Assembly: GCF_018350175.1 (NCBI RefSeq)
Contig: NC_058368.1
Coordinates: forward strand, 168,890,001 to 168,954,000
Reading direction: 5' to 3'
DNA: 64,000 bases
DNA from: Felis catus
Lineage: Eukaryota
The translations under genes and the position numbers were made by a program. Positions within the stretch are counted from its first letter, which is position 1, and every line of letters begins with the position of its first letter. The notes below the pieces were generated by a model. The model made no database searches, had not been told where the DNA came from, and saw only the letters and a list, made by a program, of their open reading frames with translations. Positions 14,310 to 28,094 of this stretch are shown in pieces.

Positions 14310-15780
14310 CCACTAAGGAAGTTATAGAAGATTTGAATAACACTGTCAGTCAACCTAACCTACTGACATAAATAGGACATTCCATACATCATCACCCGAA
14401 AATACAATTCTTTTAAGTACACAGAGAATATGTACTAAGATAGTCCATATTCTGGACTATAAAACAAGTCCCAACTAATTTATAAGTATTTAAATTATGT
14501 ACATGTAATAAAAATAGAGCTCAAAGACAAATCTCTGAAAAACCTCTAAATATTTGGAAACTACACAATGTGCATCTGAATAACCAGTGGGGCAGAGTGG
14601 AAATCAAAGTGTTTTGAGCCTGAATGCAAATGAAAACGCAACATCTCAGTATTTATATACTGCCTATAAAGCAGTACTTGAGAAACGACTTTAACAGTAT
14701 ATGTCTATATTAGAAAAGAAGGTACTCAAAGTGATGACTTCAATTTCTACCATAAAAAGTTGAATGAATCCAAGGTAACTCAAAATACGTAGAAGAAAGA
14801 AAAAATTAAGGCAATAGCAGAAATCAATGAAAAGGGAAAAACACAGAGTCAACGAAACTAAAAGCTAGTCTTTTGAGATCCATAAAAGTAAACCTCTACA
14901 TAGGCCGATAAGAAAAAAGAGAGGACACAAATTACTAACATCAAAAATGAGAGCTGACATCACTACAGAGTCTACAGATGTCAAAAGGATATTAATGGAA
15001 TATTATGGCCAAGTTTGTGCAAACAAATTAAACAACTTAGATGCAATGGACAAATCTCCTGAAAGATAAAACTACCAAATCCTTCAATCTTCATATCCCC
15101 CTCTCTTTTAAAGAATTGGTCATTAAGAAACCATCCTTCAAAGAAACCTCCAGGCCCAGCTGGCTTCACTGGTGAATTATACTACACTTTTCAGAAGGAA
15201 ATACACCACTTCTATACCAACTCATTCAGAAAGTTGAAAAAGCAAGACTCCTTCCCAGCTCATTTTTTGAGACCACCATTACCTGATTCTAAAGCTAGAG
15301 AAAAAAATCATAGGAAAAGAAAACTACAGAGTAATGTCTCATGATCTTATATAAAAATCCTAAGCATAATTATAACAAAGCCAATATAGCAATATACAGA
15401 AATACATCATACTGAAGCAGAATTTATTCTAGAACTGCAAGTTGGTTTAACCTTCAAAAACCAATCCATGCCATTCATCACATTAACAAACAAACAAACA
15501 AAAAATAGTATCATCATCTCAATAGATACAAAAAAGCATTTGGCAAAATCAAACCTGTGTTCCTGATAAGAATGCTCTCATGAGAAATAAAACTTCCTCA
15601 ACATTAAGGGCTTCTAAGAAAAGCCTGTAGATGACATTATACTTAATGGTAAATGACTGAATACTTTCCTCCTTTATATAAGAAATAAAACCTCTATCTG
15701 CATTTACCACTTCAACATCATACTGGATGTTCTAGCTTCTAGAACCATATAGCCAGAACAAGTAAATAAAAAGCACCCTT
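14310..15780 (+). mobile_element. Old L1 ORF2 internal segment (endonuclease-to-RT region), sense
   Basis: caggcccagctggcttcactggtgaatt, aaagaaaactacaga, catctcaatagatacaaaaaagcatttggcaaaatc. Confidence 0.8.
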
Positions 15781-16074
15781 TAACATGTTTATGGTATTTT
15801 TCATCTTTGTCACAATAAACACTTGTTTGCCAGTGTTTGAAATTAAAATGCTAGCTGTTAAACTAATATTGTAACACTCTTTGGAGGATAGTGATGTGTC
15901 AATGTAGGTTCATCAGCTGAAATAGATATGGTTGTCTTTGAAAAAGTATAGGGATCTCTGTCTCCCTCACTTCTTCATTCACTTAGCTCCTTCCTCTGTC
16001 CTGTCCAGCATTCCGTGACACAAGTGCGTGGTCAGTAGAAGGCCAGCGAGGGTAGTGGTGGAGATCTTAAGTTC

Positions 16075-17025
16075 TGATAAGTGTTGGTGAGGGTGTGAAA
16101 AAACCAACTCCCTCATACATTAGTGCTGGAATGTAAAATAATACAGCTTTCTTGGAAGAAAGTTTACAATTTCTCTAGAAGTTATACATGAATGTTCCAC
16201 ATATATTAAGCGTTTCAATCCTAGGTATTTACCCAAGAGAATTGAAAATATTTGTCACACAAAAATTGTAAGTGGATGTTCATAGCAACATTGTTTATAA
16301 TAGCCAAAAAGTAGAAATAACCTAAATGTCCATGGAAAAACAATATAGCATATCCAAATGGTATAAATACTATTAAGTAATAAAGAGAAATGAGGTAATT
16401 AATACATGCTGCAGTATGCATGTACCTCAAAAACGTTATGCTAATTGAAACAAGTCCAATGCAGAAGACTACATGCTGTATGATTCCATTTCTTTGAAAT
16501 GGCCAGAGAAGGCATTGTGGTTTTCTGGGGCTGGGCTTTCTGATGGGATTGACTATACAGTTGACTCTTGAACAGCATGGATTTGAACTGTGTGGGTCCA
16601 TTTATTATACATATTTTTTATAGTATGGTAAATGTATTTTCCCTAATGATAAGGTTTTTTTCCTCTAGCTTTATTGTAAAACTACAGTATTTAGTACATT
16701 TAACATGCAAAATATGTTAATCAACTGTTTATGTCATTAGTAAGGTTTCTGCTCAATGGTAGACTATTAGTTGTTATGTTCTTAGGAAATTAATAGATTC
16801 CCAGTAGATTTTTGCCTGGGATGGGATTGATGCTCCTAAGCCCTGATGTTTAAAGGCCAACGGTATACAGATATGAGAGACTTTTTGGCATGATGAAAAT
16901 GTATCAAACTGGATTGTAGTGACAGTTGCACACCTGTAAATTTGTCAAAAATCCTTGAATCATACGTTAAAGTGGATAAATTTTATGTATATAAACTGAA
17001 CTTGTAAATGGCTCTTTAACAAAAA
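16075..17025 (+). mobile_element. Old L1 3' end, interrupted by a Tigger-type element
   Basis: gtgttggtgagggtgtg, ctaggtatttacccaagagaattgaaa, atgttcatagcaacattgtttataatagccaaaa. Confidence 0.75.
16558..16863. mobile_element. Tigger2/MER8-like non-autonomous TcMar element
   Basis: Terminal inverted repeats cagttgactcttgaaca ... tgtttaaaggccaacgg, with TA on both sides. Confidence 0.8.
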
Positions 17026-17034
17026 AAGCCCAAG

Positions 17035-17150
17035 AGCTAGGCAGTCTTATATGACCTTGCTGAACTTACTTAACCCTTCTGTGCCTTAATTTTCTTGCCT
17101 ATAAAGTAAGATTAATAGGGTTGGTATAAGGACTAATGTACTGTGATTTT
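17035..17150. mobile_element. MIR fragment
   Basis: MIR core tgaccttgctgaacttacttaacccttctgtgccttaattttcttgcctataaa. Confidence 0.65.
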
Positions 17151-19189
17151 ATGTAAATACACATATAGACACATTATATATCTCTAAGTATTTCACATGG
17201 GGCCACTTTGTTTTCTTACCATAAATTTTATTATTTTCCAATTGGCTAAGAGAAAAAAGTGGTTATTTAAAATGCCTGCTATAATCCAGCCAAAACTAAC
17301 CCAGACTCTGAACCTGCCTCTGCCCCTAATTCTCCTCCTAACCCTAGGTGTACTAAATAGGAATGACTGAGAACAAATTAGGAAGTATAACATTTGTTTT
17401 CAGTTCTTCTCTCTCCATCATTGTAACTGTTCTGTTGATATGTTTTATATTTAGCTTTCATTGATCTTTATTATGTAAAACTCAAGTGGCTAGATTAAAT
17501 GTCCTCTGAATTTTAGCAATAACCTGTATTATTGTAATTGTTAGGAAAATGTTTAAGTTTGAAACCTCAATTCTCAGACTGCTTCAGAAAGTACTTTTCT
17601 GTGTTTTTCTTCCTTTATAAAAGGTATGATGGGGAAAGAGCCAGCTAGTTTTCATTCTTGTAAAAGCACCATAGTAATATATAATTTCTTATGCTTACAA
17701 AAGATCTTAAAGTTGTAAAAGCACTTTGATATTAGGTCATTTATTCTACCAGCTATATTGTTATCTTCATTTATAAATAAACTAAATGAAGTTCAGAGAG
17801 GTAAAAATGACTTGTCGACATTAGTTAAATAGCAAGTAGGAAAATAATGCTCTATTTTGTTTTATCATTCAATTTATAAGTGGGTCAAAATATATAATCC
17901 TTTTACGAATTAAAAATACAAATGAAAATTCAAGCTAAACATCTATGCAAGATACCCTATGGACAAATACATTAATCCCCCTTACATAATTTCTCAGCCT
18001 TGTGCACAGATAAGTAAATAGCTTACTGTAGTAAACAGGAAAATTTTTGTTGGAGTTCCTTTTTTCTCTACTGGGAATCAAGCTTGTGGAGGGAAGATTT
18101 AGAAAACTGGTAGGTTAAAAGCAAGATTTAATAACTGCTTAGTGTCTAATATGCATGCCATTTCAAAACTGCATTATGCAGAGACTTAATATGCTCCTGT
18201 TCTCGTCAGATAACTGAACCCTTTGAAATCATAAATCTGAAATATATTTGAACCAAAGTAATGTTTAAAGAGATTAGAAACATTTGAGAATTGAAGTTTA
18301 GAGTGAATACTCCAAGATGATCTTGTCTTTACTTGAATCATCTCTTGAATTACAAATGCTTTATTTACTTGTTTGCTCATGGGTTGCTGGATAAGTAAAC
18401 TCAAACAAAAGGCAATTCTAAATGGCACTAGGAAATACTAAAAACAAAAAGCTCTAATATGCTAAAAAAAAAAAAAGACAGTTTGTAAGCATGTTGTTTA
18501 TTACTTAGAAGTTGAAATGAAGGAAATTGTGAGAGAATTTTTTTTTTAAGTGACAAGCATTACTTAAAGGAATGTTTATGGGCCAGGCAGGTGTCATTTA
18601 TTTTCTTATGTGATTGAATTAGGGCTGCCACTGATACCCAGATGAAGAGGAAACTAAGCACCTTAACCTTTAAATGCAACAATGTTTCTGCATATCATGA
18701 GTAGAAGTGATTAATTTTATTAAGCCTTAAAAAATGTCAGTCTCCACTTTCTTTCCCTAGAGACTTGTAACTGCCCCTTTCTTTCTGACATGGATCTCCT
18801 CTCTGAGTTCAGAACTTTCTGGAACCAATTGAATGTTACATTATCTGGTACATTCCATAGTTTATACAGATGCTGCCCTTTGGCAGTACTCAAAGTTATT
18901 TTAATTTTAAAATGACTTATGTGTTTGAAACTTTGAGAATTATTGAAGAATTTTTACCAGGTTTAGACATCATCAAAATATATCTCCTCCCTATAACATG
19001 TTTTTTAAGAATTGAGTTCATGGAGTTTATATGGTCTTGAGATTTTGGCTTAGAAATCTTAGCATGATTATTTTATATCCTAAATGTCTTTAACATCTCA
19101 GTAGAAACATTTCCACTGTCACAATTTCTTTTCTTTAAAATCATTTCAGTTGGTAATTTCACTAAATTTTGCTGGGACGTTAAATTCTT

Positions 19190-19379
19190 TTAAAAAAAGT
19201 TTTATTTGAGAAAGTGTGTGTGTGTGAGTGTGAGCAGGGGAGGGGCAGAGAGACCCTCAGGCAGGGTCCACGCTGTCAGTGCAGTCCAGGGCTGGGCTGT
19301 GATCTCGTGACTGCAAGAACATGAGCTGAGCCAAAATCAAGAGTCGGACACTTAACCGACTGAGTCACGCAGGTGCCCC
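19190..19379 (-). mobile_element. Can-SINE
   Basis: Antisense SINE ending aggtgcccc; near-perfect TSD ggga(c/g)gttaaattctt. Confidence 0.92.
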
Positions 19380-19935
19380 TAGGGAGGTTAAATTCTTCTT
19401 AAAAATAAACTATCCCTTCAATTCATAACAACATTTTATATATGTATATGATGTAGCAGAACCAATTTCAGTTATGTGATTATCACAGCTATAGAAGGTT
19501 ATTATGGTAGTCCCTTAAAATGACAGTTCCTGCTTCATTGGGAACAAAGTCCCAGTGTTTTGGCTGTGGATACTTGCCTGGCATTTGTTTCTTTTGTTCA
19601 TCATAAATGTAACAAAGGTAAATTGTGCCAAGAAAAGATTAAGGAACGTGGCTCCTACCACTCATAAAGGAGAGCCCTCAAAATCTGAACTGGCACTTGG
19701 TGTTACATAAGCTCTAACCCATGACCAGTTGTGTAATAATACCACTTCACAGCAGCAAATTTTGAGCTCAAGGAGAGAGCAACATAGTAATACTCAAATA
19801 AGTATTTATTTACTAAAAATTATAAGATGTCAACTCAGTGGCTGAATTATTTTTTGTTAATTGCCACAGAAGAACCTAATTTTATGGACTTATGTTTGGA
19901 GCTATTAACAGAATACTCTTTAAAAATAACTTTGG

Positions 19936-20170
19936 GGGGCGCCTGGGTGACTCAGTCCGTTGAGCGTCGGACTTCAGCTCAGGTCACGATCTCGCGATCT
20001 CGTGGTCCGTGAGTTCGAGCCCCGCGTCAGGCTCTGGGCTGATGGCTCGGAGCCTGGAGCCTGCTTGCGATTCTGTGTCTCCCTCTCTCTCTGCCCGTCC
20101 TCCGTTCATGCTCTGTCTCTCTCTCTGTCTCAAAAATAAATAAACGTTAAAAAAAATTAAAAAAATAAAT
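19936..20170 (+). mobile_element. Young Can-SINE (SINEC_Fc-like)
   Basis: CpG-rich; TSD aaaaataactttgg at 19922 and 20171; internal short duplication cgatctcgcgatctcg. Confidence 0.96.
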
Positions 20171-21899
20171 AAAAATAACTTTGGTATGAATTTGGTCTAA
20201 TTAGAGGATTGTGAATTCCACTTTGGGAAAATAAGGAAGTTTTCTTTTAAATGTTAACTGATGTTATATCTAAACTTGGACATTCACTTTATAATTCAAG
20301 CATATTACATTAATGAAAAACAAAATAAATGTTCTCTGTTGCCATTTTATACCACAGATAATAGTTTGATATAATGTAACCTACTTCCAAAATCTTTTGA
20401 AAAGATAACATCTTTAAATTGGTATTTTTTCTCAGCCAAATGATACACTGGTTTGCCCTCGTGTTTCATTTGCTGCCTAATACCCCAAAGCAAATGCAGA
20501 TGGGATAAACTGGCTATTTCTTCAGATGCTGAAAGCACTAACATCCTTGGGAATCAGCTAATTTTATTTACACGTGACATAAATTGATAAGCTGGTAGTA
20601 TTCCACACATGTGGTTTTGGCATTTTCCTGTTGTTCTTCAGATATATCACTTTCTTCTAGCAGTGAATATTCTTCCCCTGAGGTGGAGCTAAGTGCTAAA
20701 TACATTAACCCAGAAGAAGGATATGAGAAAAACCTGAAATAACTCTTACCACTACTATAGTACCTTTTTGACTTGAGTGATTCTAAAGAAGTGTACAGAG
20801 ATTTTCCTTTTTTATCAATGAAATGAGAAAAAGGTTGGTATGTTACAACAGACATTAAGTTATCATGGTACGTTTGAGCCAAAGATGCATTGTGTACATC
20901 TGTGCAATATTGCTCCTATGTTTTTTATGTTCAAAGCATCTGATAACAGTGATAGCTATAAGTACCTCTTGCAAGGAGGCAGGTAGCCTGGTGAGCAGGA
21001 CAAAGTGTGTTCTGAACCATATTCTTGTCATAGATACTGTTTTGAAAATGACTTTATGGCAGTTGAAGTTCTTTAATGATTGAAAGGAAAGTGTGGAGGT
21101 GATGAATACATAGGTATCCTTCCACATGGATAAACGGTTCTTTAAGGGACTGATTAGCTTTAACTAGTTTTTTTTTTTTTTATCATTTTTAAGTTTTTGT
21201 TACTATACATGGGAAAGTCTTAAGATTCTCAGATAAAGTTCAAAGATATATGTTAAAAACAAAAATTCACTTGAACATCAAAAGCCTACTTATATTTGAT
21301 GCAAATATTAGAAGTGTGGCTGGGACTAGTAAAACTGTAGAATTCAACCGAAGTAAAAAATAAAAATTTACATATAATTTGTCTTTACAAATAAATAGGT
21401 TTTCCCCTATAACTTACTTAACATATGTGAATGTGAAAGTGCCTATTAGTATGAGATTTTTCCTGTTATCAAGGTTATAACGAAAACAGTTATTGAAACA
21501 GTGAAGGGCACAGACTATTTTTCCAAGTTGAAAAGACAACTGAAAATTGGTTGAATCAAAGTTCTTAAAAAAAATACTCATTTTATTTACAATGAAAGTT
21601 GAAAAGTGAATGTTTGGGGTTTTTTTCTACTTTGAAGTGCCATAAATACTCAGACTATTTTACGTAGAAACCGAACAAATGCCTTGTGTCAGCATTAGCC
21701 AAAGATACTTCAATGCTATCTTCTCACTTTAGTTTGTAAATGTTATCCCTTTCTAGTTGTAAGTTATCCTTTGTATTCAGAAATGATAGACAAACTCTGG
21801 ACTCTTCTTAAATTTGTGGAAGAAATGAAAATCTGCTTTAATATTTGAGGTGTATCCCTCTATCCATAGCTATTCATTTAAATCTAGATTTTTCTGTTA

Positions 21900-22230
21900 G
21901 GTTATTTACTCACGCTCAACAGTTACCGAATGCCCAGTGGGATGCCAGGTGCTGGGGATTCAACAGTGAAGAAAACTGTGTGGGGGTGGAGGTTGAAGTC
22001 CTAGAGAAAGTCTCCAGGGAAGGCTCAGTAGGGTGGAGCATTTGATTAAAAGCCTGTTGAGAGGGGAGAACCAGCTACATAGATAGGTGGAGGACAGGCA
22101 CTCTAGACTTGGGAGTTGAATAAAGAGCAGTGTGGGTGTAGTAAGGGGGAGGGGAGAGCAGGAGGAGATGGGGCTAGAGAGGCATTGGGGTTCTAATCCT
22201 GCAAAGCCTTGTAGATTGCAGTAATGACTA
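21900..22230. mobile_element. L2 fragment
   Basis: L2-like tcaacagttaccgaatgccca...tgccaggtgctggggattcaacagtgaa, followed by a purine-rich L2-like body. Confidence 0.55.
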
Positions 22231-23784
22231 TTTCAAATTAAGGAGTCCTCTTGTGGTAATTACCTTGAACTGAACATGCAAGACTCTTGCTGTCTTGATC
22301 AGCTTCCAAGGGTAAATGATGTAAAGGGAGCTTCATATTAATGACAAGTTTCATGGAAAATACTGAATTTCTTCTAGGCTCTCCAGGCCAAATGGTCTGT
22401 GTTTTGTTATGTCAAGTGAACGGGAATGCATATAGTTTGGCCTTCTCTTCCTTGCCCTTCATAAATTTGAATAAATTTTGAGGATGAAATCAATCTTCTA
22501 CTTGCTAAATGCTCATTTTATGACCAGTCAAATTAATTGCTTCTGAAAATCCATTATGTATTTTTCTTTTCTCATTTCCTTACTAGTTTTCTGGTCATAT
22601 TTAATATCTCTCTTCTCATTTAGGGACTCTTTTTTCCTTTACTAGGTTTTCAGATGCTATGTAACATAAAACATCTTCACAAATTTATCTTGAGAGCTTG
22701 CACTTTATATTAAGCATTGTATAGCCTCCTGTCATTGAAAATGTGAACATAATATTCGAAACTGTCATAACAAGGTTTTATGTGTGTGGAATTTTCTTGT
22801 TCTTTATTTTCCTTCATTTGTCCTTCTCTGTAAAACCGAAGTATATTGTCATTGGTACCTATTTGTGGGCATGAATTTCAATACCAAGAAGGATATGATT
22901 CAATGCCTGACACAGCTGGGCCTGAGATTAAGAATCTAATAAATACACCTAGAAAACGTAACCTTTGCTAGAAACAATAAGTTTGCCTAATTTCTTCTGT
23001 GCCAAACTTGAGAAAATAGTATTAGATTTGACAGTATTTGCATTCAAAATGACAGGCTTTCTATAGCAAAGAGATTAAGGAAATGGATTTATAGAGCATC
23101 TCTAATAATTTTGAATCTTAAGGGATTACATAGACTAAATATTTTCAGTTTTGCACCGGTTAAGACTTCATTTTATTTATTTATTTATTTGTTTGTTTGT
23201 TTGTTTGTTTATGTTTTGTTTTCCTTCTCTTACATGTCAGTCTGTGATAGTATTGGGAGCATTTTCAAGTCCTTGGTAAAGACTTCCAAATAAAGTTATC
23301 TTCCACAATGATATTTACTACCAGCATGTGGGTGGATCTGTATACTTTGTATTTCAGCTATTAAAATTAAGAAACCATTCCTACAGGCAACATCTATCAT
23401 TTGTTGAATAGAATAAAAGTCTTAGATATCTGGACTGTAGGTTTTTTGTTTTTTTTTGACATCTTTAAATGTGTTTTTAAAAAATGAAGAATAGGTTATC
23501 ACATATGAAATTTATAAATATTATAACATTGAGATTACTTTTAAGAGTTTATAGTCAGTTCTTTTTAAGTTGGAATTTTTAAGCCAATGTGATAGTAATT
23601 TGAAGTAGCTTTATTCTTTTAAAGTATTCTAAACTAGTTAGTTTTGACAAAAATAAATCCTCAAAATGACCATTCTTATTGGAAACAAATATCACCTTAT
23701 ATTAAGTGACTTTGAAACTTAAAAGTATACCAGTTATTCTTCAAGGCTTGTCATTCTTCATTATTGTGAGGTTTGGATTAATTA

Positions 23785-24290
23785 CTCTATTTGATAAGTA
23801 CTTATTGAGCACCAGCTATGTTCATATGCCATATACATTGGTGAAAAATATATATGTGACCTCTTCCTTCACTGAATTCAGTGTGGTACAAGAGACATAT
23901 ATTTAACAATAATTGCAAATAAACATTATTGCAAACTTTGCTATTGAAGGATTTGCTCAGAGATGGTAAAAGGTGGCACCTAAATTATTTTAGAGGCCTT
24001 AGGAAAAGTGACATCTGTGTTAACACCTGAAAGGTAAAAAATAATCTCCCTTTGCAAATGGCTGGGGAAAGGCACAGAACAGCACGTGCAAAAGATGTGT
24101 ATAGGAATGGCTTTTATGTTTGAGAAACAGGAAGAAGGGTAGAAGAAGTAGAGATAACTTCTCCTGAAGCGTGGAGAGCTTAGGAAATAAGGTTGGAAAG
24201 ACAGAAGGGGCAGAATGATGAAGAGCCTCATAGGTCAGGGTAAGCAATTTTCAGTTTAATTCCCAGTACAATTGTGGTGTAGGCAGTGGA
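23785..24290. mobile_element. L2 fragment
   Basis: ataagtacttattgagcacc..., gaaaagtgacatctgtgt..., agaacagcacgtgcaaaag. Confidence 0.55.
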
Positions 24291-25044
24291 ATAACTTTAG
24301 TGTTACTTTGAGGACATAGCTAACACAATGAAAAGCCCTTTTTCTGTCCCTGCATATGTTTATGCCCTGCTTGATAATTGTTTTTCTAGTCATCTGCTAC
24401 CATAAAGAGTGCTTTTGTACATGTGTTTACTCATGTGGAGATAAATTTTAGATAAATTCTACTGTTTGACCACCTGAATAGGTATGTTATAGGAAGGATT
24501 CATGAATATTTCCCAAACTTCAGGCCTCTAGGTAAGCAGTTCAGGTAGCATCTGACTTGAGAGATTTCTCTAGAAGAGCTATGGTCTCCCGAGAAGCCTG
24601 TACTTCCAGAAACGGTCAATAGTATTTTGTATAAAAGCAGATCCATCCATAGAAGAGATGAGTTTATAAATGGCCAGTTAAGCCCCATACCATAGTCATA
24701 ATCATAATAGAGATATAAATCCTTATGAATAAGAGCATCAGAAAATATTCTTTCATCTCTATATAAACGTCCCTTTCTACCAGATTACTATCATCCCAGT
24801 GTATTTGATTATGGAGTCAAGATTTCCTTAGTGAACTGTTCAAGAAAGCTTGGTGGGAAAAATACCCCCAAAGTGTTTGAGGCTTCTCACTGATGAGTTA
24901 TCACAAGTGATATATAACAGCTGTTCTGTTGTTATTCACTGTAACATTACAGTAAAAGAAATGATAAATGGAATTCAAAATGCACTGTCTCATTTGAGAG
25001 CAGGAATACTTCAGAGTGACTTTTACTAGTGTCAACATGATCAC

Positions 25045-25258
25045 TATGGCTTTGGAGCCATATATGAGTTTATATTCTTACTCTGTTACTTCTAGATGTA
25101 TGACTTTGGGAAAGTTACTGAGTCTCTGTAAGCCTCAATGTCTTCACTTCTAAAATGAGGGATGAGAATAATAAGGTTCCCAGAATTAAATGAAAGAATA
25201 TGTGTAACAAATGTGGCACAGTCTACCACATTCTAAATTCTTAGTAAATATTAGCTGC
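25045..25258. mobile_element. MIR
   Basis: MIR core tgtatgactttgggaaagttactgagtctctgtaagcctcaatgtcttcacttctaaaatgagg. Confidence 0.8.
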
Positions 25259-25520
25259 TGCTAAATTAATTAACCTGAGCTGAAACTAACACTAATTATA
25301 GATTGGATTTTCTTTTCAGCCATCTATCAGATTCCTATTGTGCCCAGATACTTCAGAGTAAACAATATCCAACCTTTGATAACTGTCAGTATTTTCAAAG
25401 CATTAGTTAATTATTTTTGCCCAGATTGTTGAGTGAAAATGTTAATTAACCAATTAAAAATTAATCTGAGGCATTCATTTCTTTTTCTTCCTATTAGAGC
25501 ATTGCCAAAGAATTACATTC

Positions 25521-25747
25521 TTTTATGAAAAAATTTTATTGCTTATTTATTTTTGAGAGAGACAGATTGCCGGGTGGGGGGGGGGGTGGGGGAAGAGCAG
25601 AGAGAGAGGGAGACGCAGAATCCTAAGCAGGCTGCAGGCTCTGAGCTGTCAGCACAGAGCCCAACGCAGGGCTTGAACCCACGAACCATGAGATCATGAC
25701 ATGAGCCAAAGTCCGATGTTCAACTGACTGAGCCACCCAGGTGCCCC
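25521..25747 (-). mobile_element. Can-SINE
   Basis: Ends gccacccaggtgcccc; TSD aa(a/g)gaattacatt. Confidence 0.94.
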
Positions 25748-28094
25748 AAGGAATTACATTTTAACACAGGAGTGCTATTAACATGTCGGTCAATGAGTTT
25801 TTCCTTCATATTTTTAAATATAAAACTTTTAGAAAAATAATTATGTAAACACAGTAGAATGTCAGGTAGCAGCTTTCAGTGGACCAAACATTTTATCTAA
25901 GGTTAACCATAAATATATAAGGAAATATGATTGAGATGAAATATTAACATACTTATTTGTAATAGGAAAGAGATTGGAAAGTAGTTCAAGCAAAATCATA
26001 GTTCAGTTTCATAAATTCAGAACAGGAGGTAGACAAGTCAAACCTAGAAGGCAAGTGGGTACTAAGTAGGTGGTTTGGAGGACAAGTGATCTTTGGAGAG
26101 CTCAAAACCTGTCAGAGATGGAGAAGAATGAAAAGAATAACAATTTCTGAAATGTGTTGGGATGTATAGAAAACCAGAGTATATAAGACAAGGTTAGATG
26201 ATAAAATAATTTGGCTGAACTGTGTCCACCCCCTGAGTGTACTGAAGATAGATTTATGAAGAGTTTAATTTTAATAGTTGAGGTGGGAACTCATTAAGCT
26301 CTGAAGAGTAGTTTTTGAGTCCAAGTTAGGATGGTTTCTGGCAGTATTCCAGGAAAGATGGTAAGGTTTTTGCCAAAAGGAAAGATGTTGATGTCAGGCA
26401 TCTTTGAAAATGTCCTTGTATTTCCAAGAAAATGTTGAGGTACGTGTGTGATCCATTTCAGCAAGGTGAACCATATGGGTTGTTCTATTTGAATAATATC
26501 TTAGTTGCTAAGGACATAAAAATTTTGAAATGTGGTAGATGAAAGATTTGTTCTGTTTTATTTTATTTTTTTGCACAGCTAAAGTTTTCATTGTAGAGTG
26601 TACATTGAAGGTGTTTTATATAATCCAGAGGCTGGTATAAGCTTAGACTCTTGAATAATTCCAAGAATGTGCTGTTCCAACTTTTCACAGTAGCTCAGCA
26701 TAAATAAACCTTGGGATTTATGTGTTCTCCTGTTGAGTATAAATTGGACTCACTGACATAAACTGTTTTTCAGATACAGTATGTTATAGATTAAGTAATA
26801 GAAAAAATGGGTAAATTTTAATCTACTGTGCTAAGTATTCACTAATCTTAATACAGAACTTCATTTAAAAACACACGATGATTCTCTGAAGTATAAACAG
26901 AGTCAAGATTAATGAACCGATGACTTGTTCTTAGTATTTTCTCTGTCTCTATAATGGTATATCTTACATATCACATTAAATTTTTATCTGAACCAGGTAT
27001 TTCTAATTTAACTAAAATCACTTGTTAAGCATCAAAATACCACACGCATGACTAATGTTGTAACTTTTTCTGTGTCTCCTCTGTATGCTACCCCTCCTAA
27101 CCCAATCAGTCTCTCTCTCATTTCTCATGATCTCTTATATCTCTTTCCTTGGTCTTTATTAAAGCAAGAGTAGTTTAAAAAATTCCAATCAGTTAAGACT
27201 TAGAAAAAAATTAAGAAAATGAAGCTATTCCATTAACACTACTGCTTGTCATTTTTCTATTTTTATGGAAGCCTAATATATTACATTACACCTAACTTTA
27301 AAACTAATCTATAAATTAATACCATAAATAAGAAATTCCTTTTTAACATTCCTTTCTAGATAATTACTTGAGTAAAAATATCTGGAAATGGTCATTTTCT
27401 TAGCATTCTAAAATGTTACTGTCCACCACCTAAAAACATCTACACTAATCATGATTAGAAATTAATTATAGTTACAACTTGCTATTAATATTTTTTGTAA
27501 TAAGAAAGAATATTATTTTTTACAGTGTAAAGTATTGCTTCTTTTATTACAAAATAGTTACCTGGGATTCTTCACATTTTAGTGGCATGTATATCTAGAG
27601 GCATAATAATGTTTATAAGCATTTTTACTTTTAAAAGGTATTTTCAGGAAATAATTACAGAAAAACAATTTGGGAGCTATTTCAGCAAGACATACTCTCT
27701 AACATTGGCTTTCAGTTTTCAGTTAGTATATAATTTCCCAAAGATTAGTTTTTTTTTAATTGGAAGCTTTATAAAACTCACCTAAGTTTTTTATATTATT
27801 TGCAGAGTTGTTTTTCTTTGAGGCTTTTTAAAAAATTTATATCCTCACATAAGCCAAATTGCATATGAGGAGGAATACAGCCAGGGAAAGGAGCAGAGAG
27901 CAGAGCTGGCAACAGAGATCAATAAAATTTCAGAAACTAGACATTCAAAGTTCTCTTCTATCATGTAGCGGAACAGTGACTATCTATTATATGTGCAATA
28001 TTCGCAGTATGTCACGTTACACAGAACAAAAATAATAGTGTGCTCTAATAAAGTAAATTGTATTATCTTACTGTTTTCTCTTAGTCTCAAGGTG

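Noticed and set aside
19936..20020. tRNA-like A/B boxes in SINE heads
   Set aside because: These are tRNA-derived SINE promoters, not tRNA genes.
20568..20882. 104-aa minus-strand ORF (MAQTYHDNL...EEQQENAKTT)
   Set aside because: No recognisable domain, no TSD or polyA indicating a retrocopy, and a length compatible with chance in 64 kb. A BLAST search would be decisive.
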